In this document: positions 10,626 through 23,442 of the stretch, piece by piece
Numbering within the stretch: the stretch's first letter is position 1
Layout of the letters: every line of letters starts with the position of its first letter
Origin: Epithemia pelagica
Taxonomy: Eukaryota; Protista; Bacillariophyta
Reading direction: 5' to 3'
Assembly (NCBI GenBank): GCA_946965045.2
Contig: OX337236.1
Span: forward strand, 2,418,001 to 2,482,000
Length of the DNA: 64,000 bases
The notes under the pieces: generated by a model
What the model saw: the letters and a program-made list of their open reading frames with translations, nothing else
The model's database searches: none
Told to the model about the DNA's origin: nothing
Position numbers and translations under genes: made by a program

Positions 10626-13213
10626 GATGAATTCAAAGAGTATCGGCACAGAAATTGCTTTCAGTCAATCGGTATTTGCTCTGCAGAGTATGCAGCTTGA
10701 GATTTTGTGTATGAACATGCCGAGAACAAGAGGAGCAAAGCATGTTTGAACCAAAGCGATTGGGTATCTTTCTCTTGCATTCCTTTTGAAGCGCGACAAA
10801 CCATGGTTCGGATTTGGCCATGTTCGATGGTGCACACGCAGTTAAATTGTTGACATTTGCTGGCACTCGGCACTGGTTTCGCCATGCCGTGAGCCTCATT
10901 TTGCCGGAACAAGGTGTACAGTGGAAATCGATACGCGAAAAAAGCAATCAGACACAGGTCCCAGTCACCAGTCACCAGTCACACATGAAACGACATCCCA
11001 TCGGCCATCAAAAGATCAGGTTAGATTTCTTAACTCTCTTTACAGAATATTCAACGATGAGTATTGTCTTTTTGCTGTCCGTCCATGGTAGGTAAAATTT
11101 GCCCAAACAAAGATGATGTGACGAAGCCTACACAATTACGGTAGTTGCCTCTAGTAGCTCTCTCTATCTCTAGAGATTAGGGAGATCCTTCAAAGCTACG
11201 ATTTTATCATTCCATCCATCAAAAACACAGCATTCACATTACTACTCTGGAAGGAAGCTCGAATCCAACAAATACAACTTCTCCTAATCCTTGAAGTAGT
11301 ACATGTAAACAGTTAATGACTTTGGGATCACTGAAGGTTTTCGCTGATGCGATCTAGATGTACAGTTACCCAGGACGAGTCAAAGACGGTATCGTATCTT
11401 GTCTGCACCTTAGGTAGTAGTTGTTGATTGTAAAAAGAGGAATATATATGCACTTTTTGGACCGGAAGTCGAAACAAAATAAACCAAACGAGTAATACTC
11501 CGTAGTCATCTTAAGTACCAGTGCTAATCTGTTTGCTCGTTGAAAGACATGGGAAAATCATCAATCGTCTACAGACAGTCCTCCTTTGCCACTCGTAGAA
11601 TGAACATTGCCACTGCCACCAGTGGACACTGATAAAAGACTTCCCATGGATTCTGTAAAGATGGACAATGGTAGAAAATATATCTATCCCGCGCAACAAT
11701 GGCAATCGAACTCAGTGAGATTAGGACTTTTCTCACTCAGAACCGTGATTTCCGCCCCCAAGCATGAATTGGTAGCGTACCTCATTTGAATCCATGAAAT
11801 GAAAGCCATCCTTCGAAGAACATCTACTTTTTGTCGTGTTGATTCCGCTTGGTGATGTGGATTGTGGAGGAAGTTTCAAGTTGAAACTCGGACTTCGTTT
11901 CATTTCATAGGAATCGCATAATCTGATTGATGGTTGGGTAGTTGCTGTACCAGGTACCTGACTGTTGCATATCTTGTCGTTGAAAGACGAAGATACTTCG
12001 GCGGCATCTCTTGCAGCTATGGGATATGATCGTCGTGGTGCCCGTGAACGAGCCGAACACGACACAGTGGTGAATGGGGACTTCCAGAAGACCATTATGG
12101 TGGATACGGGGATAAAAGAACGCTAGTCAAGGGACGAGTGCTTGCTTTTTTGTGCGTTCTTTTGACCTCCATCCTTTCCATTCTCGTTGGGTTCGTATGC
12201 TTCGATTGGCGATGGTGTGTGTTGATGATGGAGGGAACGATCCATCCCTCGAATGAGAATTCTTCAAATTTTCATCTTGCGCGTTGAGCTACAAAATCAC
12301 TGTAAATCGACTTGTAGCGAGAGGTATGCGACAGATCGGGATTGAATCTGAGAGCCCTCTCTCTTTGCTGACGAAAAGGAGATCGACAATAGACACATGG
12401 AAAGTGGAACGATTATGGAACGGCAACGTCTTGTCTGGTCGAGAAGAAGTATCCCAGCTAAACCTTCGGTAGTTGTGTGATGTGGCCGCTCCCCTTGCTT
12501 GGGTACTTCCATGATTTTGTTCATCTTCATGGAGTGTTGCACTCAGCATCCGAGTGCACAAAGGGTCTCAACGTCAAATCTTCGTTGCCACCACAAAAAT
12601 CACCTCCACCGCAAAACAAGTCAAATGTGGGACATTTCTTTGTGGCGGTTCAGAGTGAAGGGTGTTCTTCTACTTGATTCTGCCGTTGTCTATTGTCTCA
12701 TCTCACATTGAACGGGGAATCACACGTTTTTCACCTCTCTCCATCGAACGAGTTTCGAGGATCCAGGAGACAAAACACGAAAACCAAGGTCGCGTCGTAG
12801 AACCGTCACTTCCAAATGCAAACTAGGTTGAAAGACCGGCCATTTGGGGACCCGCTCGGAGTTGGTAAATTGAGTGAAAACACAAAAGGAGAACCGGAAC
12901 GCAACAATCAAATGATAAACTTTGAGTGAACCTCAACAAATAATGGATGAACAAGTTCGACCGCATGATCTGCTTCTACTTGTTTTCTAGTGGAACTGGC
13001 ATGTTCTCGTTAACTGATCAATGGTGAGTTGCTCAGGACATGTACAAAACTTGGCATTTTTCGACTTCTGACACGTTTGAAAAACAATGGATGGGAAGAA
13101 CGACCTGAGCACGTACAAATGGGGTGCGCTTACGCTGGTGAAACTTCCGCAATTCGTTTATTGCTAATATATATTTTGCTACTTACACTCCAGTTCATCA
13201 ACATGTTTCATAG

Positions 13214-13823
13214 TCACGAAGAATCATGGCTTGAACTTCCATTCATGAGTTGCATCCACAGAGGCAACATTCCTTGTTTGACAGATCTTCGGCCGTTCGA
13301 GGTACTTCCACCACCTTTGAGAGCGAGTCGACCACAGGGGCATTTCGCTTTACCGCCAAGATTTTCCTTGCGTTCTATCCAACATTCACGATGAAAGCTA
13401 TGGCCACAAGGTAATTCCAAGAGGTCCTCTTCGCTGACTTCTCCAAAGCAGAGGCGGCAGTGTGGTGGGGGAGCGTTGCCACTGCTCTTGTCGAGGGGGC
13501 GAACCTGAATTTGGAAACGACTAAATTCAGCCATGCCCGCAGTCGCCTCATCGTAGGTCGTGTAGGAGTCTCCGGCACGCCTCCATGGCGTCGAAAAAAC
13601 ATTTCCGGGCATCCTCTTCTTGCTGGCAGATATCTTCCAGAAGCAGTTGTTGAAGCCAGGCTTTATGGGTTGAACTTCTTGGTTACATAAGGGGCAGAGA
13701 CTTTCGAAGGTCTGGGACATAGCAAGATTGACGTCGCGGAAACCAATCTTGCATATAACCATTTCCTGGTGAGCTTTGCAGCGACGATTGCGACATTTTC
13801 CTTCAAGGCATAAACCAGGGGAA
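13214..13823 (-). pseudogene. 3' half of ubiquitin-like domain + RING-H2 gene, severed by Copia-B
   Basis: Continues the frame from 20835 once the element and one TSD are removed: ...APEWRIA|SPGLCLEGKCRNRRCKAHQEMVICKIGF...CPLC...GFNNCFW..., then RING-H2-like CRLC...CGHSFHREC...CPC. Confidence 0.88.
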
Positions 13824-13828
13824 GCAAT

Positions 13829-14121
13829 TGTTGGAAATAATGAGACAAACGAAAAAATGATTCACGAGTGCTCGGCACCGCCCGGAGTGAAGCATCAAAC
13901 AATGACCGGAAGTACATATAGAAACAGTCACGAGCATACGCGCGAGCCAGAACAGAAACGCGTAACGTTTGCTGACGTAGTGAAATTCGGAAAAGCAAAG
14001 ACGAGCAAGGCGAAGAAATCCTGTGCTCATTCTTTGGAGATAATCAAGGCAGTAAAGTAAAACGACGTTTGATTTACGACGATAGTGCTTAAGCTGACGG
14101 CTCTGCACCCATCGTACAACA
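13829..14121 (+). repeat. 5' LTR of Copia-B
   Basis: TGTTGGAAAT...GTACAACA; differs from the 3' LTR at GGCAC/GGCAT and GACCGG/GACGGG. Confidence 0.96.
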
Positions 14122-14169
14122 TTATCTCCAAAGAAAAACGATTTGCTTTCTACCCAGTGCCAAAGTCCA

Positions 14170-14851
14170 ATGCCAAACGCGCGAGATATCGGTCAAGAAC
14201 GTGGAAATCAAGAATACAACGAGTTGGTACAAGAGCTCACCAATTTGTCCATCCGACAACAAGAAATTGCGCACGACTGCGAGATCTCCGACCGGCCAAT
14301 CCCCAACGGCCACCAGTGGCCGTCTCTATGGCCCAACAAGTACAAGCTGGTTACGAGACGGAGACAGCGAAGAAGAGTTGACCCCAAGAAGCAACGAGAC
14401 CTCTCAGGTGGGTGCCAGTATCGCAAGTTCGTCTGTTGAGGTTGTGGGTGTTATCCGTCGAGTTGAAAGAGAAAGACAACAAGACCCATCCGAGTACACG
14501 CCTGCCGAACTTACTGCGCTCCAAAGTGGATGCGCGTTGTGGACGTCCGCGACAACAGGGAAACGGTACATCATTCATCCCAGTCGACGCTCTTTTGCCA
14601 TCGGGGATATCGTCAAGACTTCCAATCCTGCCAATCCGGGAAACGACCTAGCGCCCTCTCGACGAGACGGAACAGGCGTGATTACCAAGGTGCACACTGT
14701 CCAAGTGTCGCTTCGTACTGACAGTGGGCAAGAGATAAGGCGAAGCAAGAACAACGTTCGGTATCTTTCGGCCGAACGAGATGAGCAGTACGCCCAATTC
14801 GAGCCCGTCGAACCAGGCTGGCGCCCCAACTACGCCAAGTACCGCGCCTAA
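14170..14851 (+). CDS. Accessory ORF(s) upstream of Copia-B gag: coiled-coil plus KOW/SH3-like barrel, probably one frameshifted gene
   Basis: ATG 14170 opens MPNARD...NELVQELTNLSIRQQEIA (frame 1). Overlapping frame-2 ORF 14201..14851 has FAIGDIVKTSNP...GTGVITKVHTVQVSLRTDSGQEIRRSKNNV. Confidence 0.5.
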
Positions 14852-17800
14852 CATGGAAGGAAACCAGTCCAACGGTGGACGTGGAAGACGTGGAGGTCGT
14901 GGCAGAGGCCGTGGTGGTCGTGGTGGTAGAGGAGGACGAGGTGGTCTACACAACAGTGGGACAACATTCAGGGGTAACACAGAAGGTATGAACGGTCATA
15001 TCTTCCAAGTGTTCTACGAGTGCAATGATAAGCGCCAGTTCGCACGAACGCTGGAGGCGCTGGAAGAATACATCGCCAAGAATTACAAGCATGCGGGTGA
15101 CATGATGCCTTTGACGAGGGAATTGAAGAATCCGGATATTGCTGAACCAGCCGACCTTCCAGAAGGAGAGAAGAGTCGCGTGAAGACAATCCTTCTCGAG
15201 AAACAGATCGCCGCCTATGTTACGCGATGTGACATATTGGAAAGCAACCTCCAGGCCACATATGCAGTAATATGGGGGCAATGCAGTGAAGCCATGCGCG
15301 CCAAATTACAAGGATTAGAAAAATACAACGACGCCCGAGACAAATGTGACTGTGCTTGGCTCCTAACACAGATCAAGGCAATACGACACAAGTTCGAAGA
15401 GAAAAGATATGGGTATGCGTCTCTGAATGACGCTTATAACAATTTTTATTCCCACCGCCAACAGAATGAAGAAGCCCTGGCGGATTATCTGCACCAGTTC
15501 AAGGAGAACGTCGATGTTCTGGAACATTATGGTGGTGCTGTGGGAGTCGACAAAGGTTCTCAAGAGCTCATTGAGAAGTATCTAGAGCCTGGAGCGACCG
15601 TGTCCTCCGAAACCAAGAAGAAGATGAGTCGTGATCGCGCTCTGGCGATCCAATTTCTCAAGGGTGCCGACCGCAAACGTTATGGAAATCTGCTGATTGA
15701 GTTGGAAAACCAGTTTTCCAGAGGAACTGACCAGTACCCTCCTGATTTGACGGCGGCATACGGCATGCTCGTCAGCTACCGAGGCACTAGACAGTCCGCA
15801 CTGTTACAATTCTTTCTGAATCGTAGGGACATTGATGCTCGGTAGAGCAGACAATCAGGTAGGTCACCAACCGATACAAGCTTCTCAGGGTCAGAGAAGC
15901 AAGCAAGTCGAAGTCTATCAGAAGGATAGTCGGGACACAAAGAAAGATGTGATAAATGGTGATATTGTTAGATTGTGTGTTGATTACTACGATAGGTCTA
16001 CGTGAAATGTTCGGTCCTGCCAAGGGTCATGTGTCATAGGTTCTTGCCGGCAACAGGTTTGGAATAGTTGGAGTCAATTCATGTGATGTATATGACATGT
16101 ATATGTGGACGGATAACATATACAGGGTCAACAGCTCTTGCTTTGGGTTGGCATAGTTGTTTTCATGGCGCGCAGCTTGTTGACAATTTGGAGATTGTGG
16201 GAATGGAAATATGGTCTCGCGTGATCGTGTGTCGTGCTTGGGATACTTAGACCGTTGGGTCGGATAGATGCCGACAGCGCTCGGATGTCGCTTGGGCGCG
16301 CTCGATGATTTCGGGCGCGTACGCTTAGGGCGTTAGTATAATGTCCGAGCAACGGCCAAATTTACGTCCGTTGTAATACCGCACGACCCAGTTTAGTCTT
16401 GGGAGTGAGTTCGTCAATCTATTCTCACTTTTCATGATTTGCGAAGAAATATAGGTCGATATAGCGCGAAGCTAGGGAACATAGCTCGAAGCTAGATGGC
16501 ATGATGCGATAGCACGAGGCTATGTGACATGGGGAATCGATGAGATGTAGAATCTAACCACCATAGACGGTGAGAATTCTAACACGCACCACCATCCTCT
16601 CCCTCGCCCAGTCCAGGCTTACAGTTTGCTCAGACTGCTGACCCCGTCCCCGGTCTTGATGGCGTTCTTCATGAAGCCATTACTTGTTTTCACTGCCGTG
16701 GGCCCGGGCATTATGCAAGTCAGTGTCCTCACCGACAAGATGGGACTGAGGGTAATGCCGGAGTCACCATGCTCCACCATCACCAACCCTCCACATACAA
16801 TTTCACCTTCGCTCACGTTGATTGTTGCCTCTCCCAGTCACGTGTCGCCATCCCATCCACTTGGGTGCTTCTCGATAGTCAATCAACTATCTCGGTCTTC
16901 CACAATGCCTCCCTGCTCCGTAACATTCGGCCATCCTCCCATCCGTTGACGGTTTACACTAATGGTGGTTAACAAGTTTCTGGTTTGGTGGGTGACATTC
17001 CCAACTTTGGAGAAGTGTGGTACAACCCACAGTCTTTGGCCAACATCCTTTCTTTGGCCGCTGTTCGGCAACACTGTCGCGTCACAATGGATACCGCTGG
17101 TGATCCATCCATTGCGGTCCACCGCCGGGATGGAACGGTAATGCTGTTCAAAGAGAGTCCCATGGGTTTATATTATTTCGATGTCAGTGACCACTCTAAC
17201 TTTACTAGTTCTCCCTCTGCTCCTTATCTTTTTCTCAATAACGCGACCGGATATTCCCCTCGGGAGGTCGAAGGAGCGGATCGTGCGCGGATTCTATACC
17301 GGCAACTCGGTCGACCCTCCCAACGCGATTTCCTGGACGCTCTCGCACACAACGTGATTCAAAACTGTCCCGTCACCCCCGAAGACGCACGCCGCGCCCT
17401 CAAAATTTATGGGCCCGATCCCGCAACCCTCAAAGGCAAGACCGTCAAGCGACCGACACCAGCAGTCCCACAACTCATCCCAACGGACATCCCTACCAAA
17501 ATTAAACAAGAGCACCAGCGCGTGACGATATGCGCCGACAACTTCTATGTGCAAGGTCACATTTTTTGTCATACGATCAGCCGTCACCTACATTTCCGTA
17601 CAGTCGCCGCCATCGAGAACCGACGCAAGGCGACCCTCGAAAAAGAAATCAAGGACGTAATCCACATGTACCAAGCTCGTGGCTTCGAAGTGACCGACCT
17701 GCATGCCGACAACGAGTTCGCACCAATCCAACAGAACATCCTGCCCGTCCTGTCAAATATTGTGGCGGCCGATGACCACGTTGGCCAAGTCGAACGTTCT

Positions 17801-20773
17801 ATACGAACAATTAAGGAGCGAGTCCGTGCTACCGTCCATGGCTTACCGTACCGCCGATATCCTACACTAATGGTAAGGGAAGTGGTGGCCCACGCTGTCA
17901 GGACGCTCAACCAACTACCGAGCAAGAAAGGCGTCTCTGCAACAATGAGTCCGAGAAAAATCGTGACTGGTCTTCCCGATCCCGACTACAACAGCATGAA
18001 AATTGAATTTGGGCACTATGCCCAGATCTTCGAGGAACGACGACAAACGAATACGACGGCCCCAAGAACAATCGGAGCCATAGCACTCAATCCCACGGGT
18101 AACGCCCAAGGGAGCTATTTCTTCTTGTCACTCGCCACAGGAGCGCGGGTATCGAGACAGCAATGGACGGAGCTTCCCATCACACAAGCAGTTATTGACC
18201 GTGTCGAGGAATTGGCCGAACAACAAGAACAGCCCCTCATAGATGGAGAACTGGTTTTCGAGTGGGCCCCCGATATACCAATCCACGACGACGCTGACGG
18301 CGACGACGAACCAGACGGTATCGACGACAACGAGGACGAAACACTCGGTGAAGAAGAAGGAGCGGATCCAATGGATTCAGACGACGATGACGGAAATAAC
18401 GAGGAGCCTGGACCTGAAATAGACGAAGAGTCCAGCCAAGACGAGATACCTGCATCGGACGAAGAAGAAGAAGAGCCACCCGTCGTGTCAACAACAGACG
18501 AAGACGACACCGTCGACCCAGTCATCGATGACGAGCCGGAGATGGAAGTCGAGGAACCATCGGAAGATGAAGGAGCGACGGAAGATGAAGGAGCGACTGA
18601 TGAAGGAATGGACGAATATACCGCGGGATATGATGACGAAGTCGTGGATGTCGACCATGAGGAAATGGACCCAGAAATGGCGGATGAAGATTTGGACACT
18701 CCCGTTCCACAGCATACATACAACCTCCGAGGTAATCGCGAACGGTCCTACGAACACAGACTCGATCATCAAATGGACACTGCTGATGGCAGCACGTCCT
18801 ACATGCATATGCAATTCCTCCATCGAGCAATCCGCCATGCGACAACCAACGTGAATGAAAGAAGGCCTATACATTCAATCGTGGCCGAATTCATGTTCAC
18901 CCAGATGTCGGCGCAAGCAGGTATCAAGAAGCACGGACAGCGAGCAATAGACGCACTGCTCAAAGAATTCACCCAATTGGATGGACAAGATACATTCGAT
19001 CCACAGGACGCCTCAAAACTCACTCCTGCACAAAAGAAAGCCGCACTCCGATCCGTGAACGTGATCAAGGAAAAACGCTGTGGAAAACTCAAAGGACGGT
19101 CATGCGCTGATGGGCGATCACAAAGGTCACTTTTTGACAAGAGCGAGACGGCGTCGCCAGCTCTTTCAACGGACACACTCATCATGTCCTTAATAATAGA
19201 CGCACAAGAACGTCGGAAGGTTATCACCGCGGACATTGCGGGAGCATACCTCAACGCCCACATGAAGGACTACGTCCTCATGAAACTCGTTGGTGAGGTC
19301 GTGGACATCTTCTGTCGCCTAGACGAGAAATACAAGAAATTCGTGGTAATGGAGGGCAATACGAAAGTATTATACGTACGTCTCAACAAAGCCCTATACG
19401 GGTGTGTACAATCAGCGCTACTGTGGTACGAACTTTTCGCCACCACACTCAAAGAAATGGGTTTCAAGCTCAATCCCTACGATCCATGCGTCGCAAACAA
19501 AGTGATAAATGGGCATCAATGCACCGTGACGTGGTACGTAGATGACCTCAAAGCCTCCCACGTGGAAGAGAAAGTGGTAGAAGATTTGATTGAGGCAATT
19601 GAATCCAAGTTCGGAAAAATGACTGTTTGCAGAGGGAACAAGCATACGTACCTCGGGATGCAAATCACAGTCAACGAAAATGACACGGTCAGCATCATCA
19701 TGCCGCAATATATTGATGAAGCCATCGAGATGTTCGGGGAGGATGTGAAACAAGGTGCATAGACACCCGCCAGAAAAGGACTGTTTGAGATAAAAGAGGC
19801 GCCCGACCTTGACAAAGAAAGAAAGGAGAAATTTCATAGCATCGTGGCCAAACTGCTCTGTCTGTCACAGCGGGCCCGCATCGACATCCAAACAGCCATC
19901 GCTTTCCTGTGCACACGAGTGGCGAAATGCACACAAGACGATTGGAAGAAGCTGAAACGAGTTCTCCAGTATCTGCATTCAACAAAAGACATGGAATATA
20001 TCGTGGGAGCGGATGACGTTCCCCACCTCCAAACTTGGGTTGATGCATCGTTCGCAGTGCACGATGATACGTGCAGTCATACCGGTGGGGTGATGTCACT
20101 CGGTCGAGGTGCAATCATCGCTAAATCGAGGAAACAAAAGCTCAATACAAAAAGCTCTACAGAAGCTGAAGTAGTCGGAGCAAGCGACTACCTTCCAAAT
20201 ACAATATGGGCGAGGAGATTCCTTGAAGCACAAGGATATAGAATCGCAGGTACGAAATTTGCCCAAGACAACCAAAGTGCTATCAGATTGGAGAAAAACG
20301 GAAGAGCATCCGCAGGCAAACAATCACGACATGTGGACATTCGATATTTCTTCATAAAAGACAGGGTCAAACAAGAGAACATCGAGATCCACTATTGCCC
20401 AACGGAAGAAATGCTAGCGGATTTTTACACAAAACCATTACAAGGGGGTCTCTTCAACAAATTTCGAGATGTCCTACTTGGACACAAACCACTCAGTTCC
20501 CTCCAGAACCCCACGTGCGATTCCTCCACTCGCGAGGAGCGTGTTGGAAATAATGAGACAAACGAAAAAATGATTCACGAGTGCTCGGCATCGCCCGGAG
20601 TGAAGCATCAAACAATGACGGGAAGTACATATAGAAACAGTCACGAGCATACGCGCGAGCCAGAACAGAAACGCGTAACGTTTGCTGACGTAGTGAAATT
20701 CGGAAAAGCAAAGACGAGCAAGGCGAAGAAATCCTGTGCTCATTCTTTGGAGATAATCAAGGCAGTAAAGTAA
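14781..20773 (+). pseudogene. pol: Copia-B single-frame Gag-Pol, disrupted by a solo LTR and two nonsense codons
   Basis: Joining 14781-15801 to 16590-20773 gives one 1735-codon frame: RGG-rich gag, CCHC knuckle CFHCRGPGHYASQC, PR WVLLDSQST, IN CADNF/HADNEF/VERSI, RT TADIAGAYL and WYVDD, RH WVDASFA. Internal stops at 16970-16972 (TAA) and 19760-19762 (TAG). Confidence 0.9.
15802..16584. mobile_element. Solo LTR of a third LTR family, nested in Copia-B gag (783 bp)
   Basis: TGTTA...TAACA termini; TSD CGCAC at 15797-15801 and 16585-16589; excision restores the gag frame (RQSA|PPSSPSP); no similarity to Copia-A or Copia-B LTRs. Confidence 0.9.
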
Positions 20774-20834
20774 AACGACGTTTGATTTACGACGATAGTG
20801 CTTAAGCTGACGGCTCTGCACCCATCGTACAACA
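20542..20834 (+). repeat. 3' LTR of Copia-B
   Basis: 291/293 identical to 13829-14121; preceded by purine-rich GAGGAG. Confidence 0.96.
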
Positions 20835-21526
20835 GCAATTCTCCACTCTGGAGCAGTTTTGCTCCATTCTCGGGTACGTAGAACGTCTGGTCGAGTTGCA
20901 TCCACAACCATTGCTCCTTGACGGCGTCCTCCTTTAACTGCCACAGAAGCAACCAACGTACTTCCTTGGCGAACATCATAGTCTATGACTCTTTGTGAGT
21001 CCTCCATATGCCGGGCAAAGAAAATTCTTTCGCTGGCATTGTTCTTGAGGTACAAGGCATCATCACTGGCAGATTCCTGTATCGCAGCCTTGAGTTCCTT
21101 GACAGTGGCAGACCGGTCCACGGAGATCACCATGCTTTTCCCGGACAATCGGACAAAGAGGTTCAAGGGGTTAGTGATGACACTCCAACGAACCATGATT
21201 GGCTGGTCGTGACAGAGATAGTCAATCAAGGGTGTGTTGCCCTTGAAAAGGCATGAAGTCGCATTGCTATGGCACGTCCCGTGACCGTGGTCTCCCAGCA
21301 AAAAGGTTGTTTTTTGGTAGCAGCCGCTTTGTTGTGAGGTCAACTTGAGTTTATGGGCAATCCATTCAGCGCATTCATTCAAGCGAGTACAAGGGGACGC
21401 GTCCATCATTATGGTCAGGGCAGAATCATCGTGACCCAACAGACTACTCGTACTTGTAGGGTTGCGGGGACAACCATCCACGTCGACATGGACCAGTACA
21501 AACTCGGCAACAAAGTTCCCAGTCAT
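20835..21526 (-). pseudogene. 5' half of ubiquitin-like domain + RING-H2 gene (reconstructed 433 aa)
   Basis: ATG 21526; Ubl domain LNLFVRLSGKSMVISVDRSATVKELKAAIQ...MEDSQRVIDYDVRQGSTLVASVAVKGG; ends REWSKTAPEWRIA at the TSD. Confidence 0.85.
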
Positions 21527-21676
21527 GCTGATTCTCTTTCTCTCTCCTCTTTCCACCTAAAATGAGCTGTGGATCCAGTTGATATCCATTTCACCGGAAA
21601 TTCCGAGTGCCTGGTTTGGTTTGATCAACTCCAATCAATTTCACCGGAAATTCCTACCCCCTAGCGGGGGTGAGTC

Positions 21677-22986
21677 ATGAGGATTAGTGATCGAAATTTG
21701 ATGAGCATTCTCTATCTCACCCCCAAGGCGCGACCTTCAAAAAGTGGCGATTTCCCAGTCCTAACACAAACACCAAACACCCACTACAGAGCAAATCTGG
21801 TTGTCGTCATATCGTTACCCAAGCACCTTTGCACCTCCTTCCAAGACGTCCACACCATTCCTCTTCCCTCACAAGAACCTACGAAGACGGCAGTTGCGCC
21901 GGAAAGCCCTACAAGAGTCCCCAGTAACACACCAAGTACCACCACCCTTCCCCACTACAAAGTGTTTGGTTCGAAGACTGATAGTACTAACGAAGGAGAG
22001 GAACAGGATGAGGATGCAGTAGACGACCTTGTCATTTGTACCAAGCTGTATCTCCCACACACCATTTGGGATAAGGATCACAACTTTGAGTTTGACATCG
22101 AACGTGCCCTGAGTGAATACAAAACCCTACAAAAGCTCGATCAAATTGGCTACGAAGCAGACGCCGCTCCGTTTCCAGTTGTCTCGTCCTACTTGTTCTG
22201 TGTCTTGGATGTGGAGGATGATGCTAAGTTCATGTTGGCCAAGTGCTGGGCAACCAACATGGAAGAACAATGGGCCAGTCAGTTTATCGATGCGGAAGTA
22301 GGTGAGAGAATTGTGCACAAGGCGGCCGAGGCTTTTGCCATTCTCAATCTTACCGGAGTGGACCAAGAATGGAACGACAGTGGGCGAAGCGCCCTTTTGT
22401 CTGTCTGTTCCATGGTAAAACTTCATTTCACCAAACCCACCATGTCTCTGGACAAAGACTGTGATGCCTTGATGAACTTACTCAAGGAAGTGGGACAATG
22501 AACCAGTGACAATGTGGTAGACAGATATTCTCATCAGATCATGGAAGTGAGAGAGTCACTCTGTCATAGAGACAGCCATCCGTTTAACATTTTGGTCGAA
22601 ACAAAATGTAAAACTACTGAAAATGACTACGAAATGTGTTTGGACCGAGTGGAAATGTGATTCTCTGTGATTGGGAAACTGCCATTCGTGGTCCTATGGG
22701 ACAAGATGCTGGAACCTTCACGTTGTTTCCCACCGTCTGGGCGCTTTTCTCGGCTTTTGCTAGCTCTGATTTGGGAGCCTCCGTGTGCAGCTTTATGGAC
22801 GATGATTTGGACATGTTTCATGTAAGCGAAGAAATGAAAATGGAGTGGATGGATGACGACAGGAATAGCAAGAAGGGTCTCAACAAAATCAAATTAGCAA
22901 TGTTTATGAGTAGAAATGTCTCGTATCACAACATTTGTCAGTTATGTCAATTGAAAGGACAAGTAAATGCTCCTACTGTGGCATGA
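21677..22986 (+). pseudogene. APH/choline/methylthioribose-kinase-like phosphotransferase pseudogene
   Basis: Reading through TGA 22499-22501 gives the catalytic loop LCHRDSHPFNILV. After a frameshift near 22635 comes ILCDWETAIRGPMGQDAG (D-x-E...GP...D-x-G motif). Confidence 0.65.
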
Positions 22987-23442
22987 TGAGACTAATGGCT
23001 GTTCGGCCATGCGTTATGCAGGTCGACAAGCTTAAGTGATCTGTAGAGAAGTCCAATGTTTGGTGAGTGGTTTCAATGTCCATTGATCCATTCAATGCAA
23101 CACGTGACAATAAGAAAGGTGAGATGCCATGTCGGCGATAGGATCACTTGATTCTTGTTTTGCTTCGGATGCAGGAGGAATGGCCATGCCGCGGGAAGCA
23201 TGTAGCTTCCTAATGGATTTCTGGGAAATGCGACGGCGTTTGTGCGACGAAGAAGACATTGTAGGATCCCTAAGCACGGCCCCATATCTCCATTGCCGCG
23301 ATGAATGCAGTTGGTGGTTTGGAGGTTTGTGTCAGTACTGGGAGCGCAGAGGTCGCGCCTTGGGGGTGAGTAAGAGTTTGCACACCAAAAGCACGACACA
23401 CATGCGACCACTCACCCCTACTTGGGGGTAGGAAATTCCTAG

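Larger units (their letters stand above)
13829..20834 (+). mobile_element. Full-length Ty1/copia LTR retrotransposon (Copia-B), decayed, inserted antisense in a host CDS
   Basis: 293-bp LTRs at 13829-14121 and 20542-20834 with 2 mismatches; TSD GCAAT at 13824-13828 and 20835-20839; gag-PR-IN-RT-RH order. Confidence 0.97.

Noticed and set aside
11733-12911. Short ORFs between microprotein copy 2 and the Ubl-RING gene
   Set aside because: No recognisable motifs, no convincing splice model, and overlapping frames of similar length.
18115-18874. Ser-rich antisense ORFs and very acidic stretch in Copia-B pol
   Set aside because: Low-complexity IN-RT linker; the antisense ORFs mirror its codon bias.
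20474-20834. C-terminal part of the 360-aa ORF 20474..21556
   Set aside because: Read-through into the antisense 3' LTR of Copia-B; the true continuation is at 13823.
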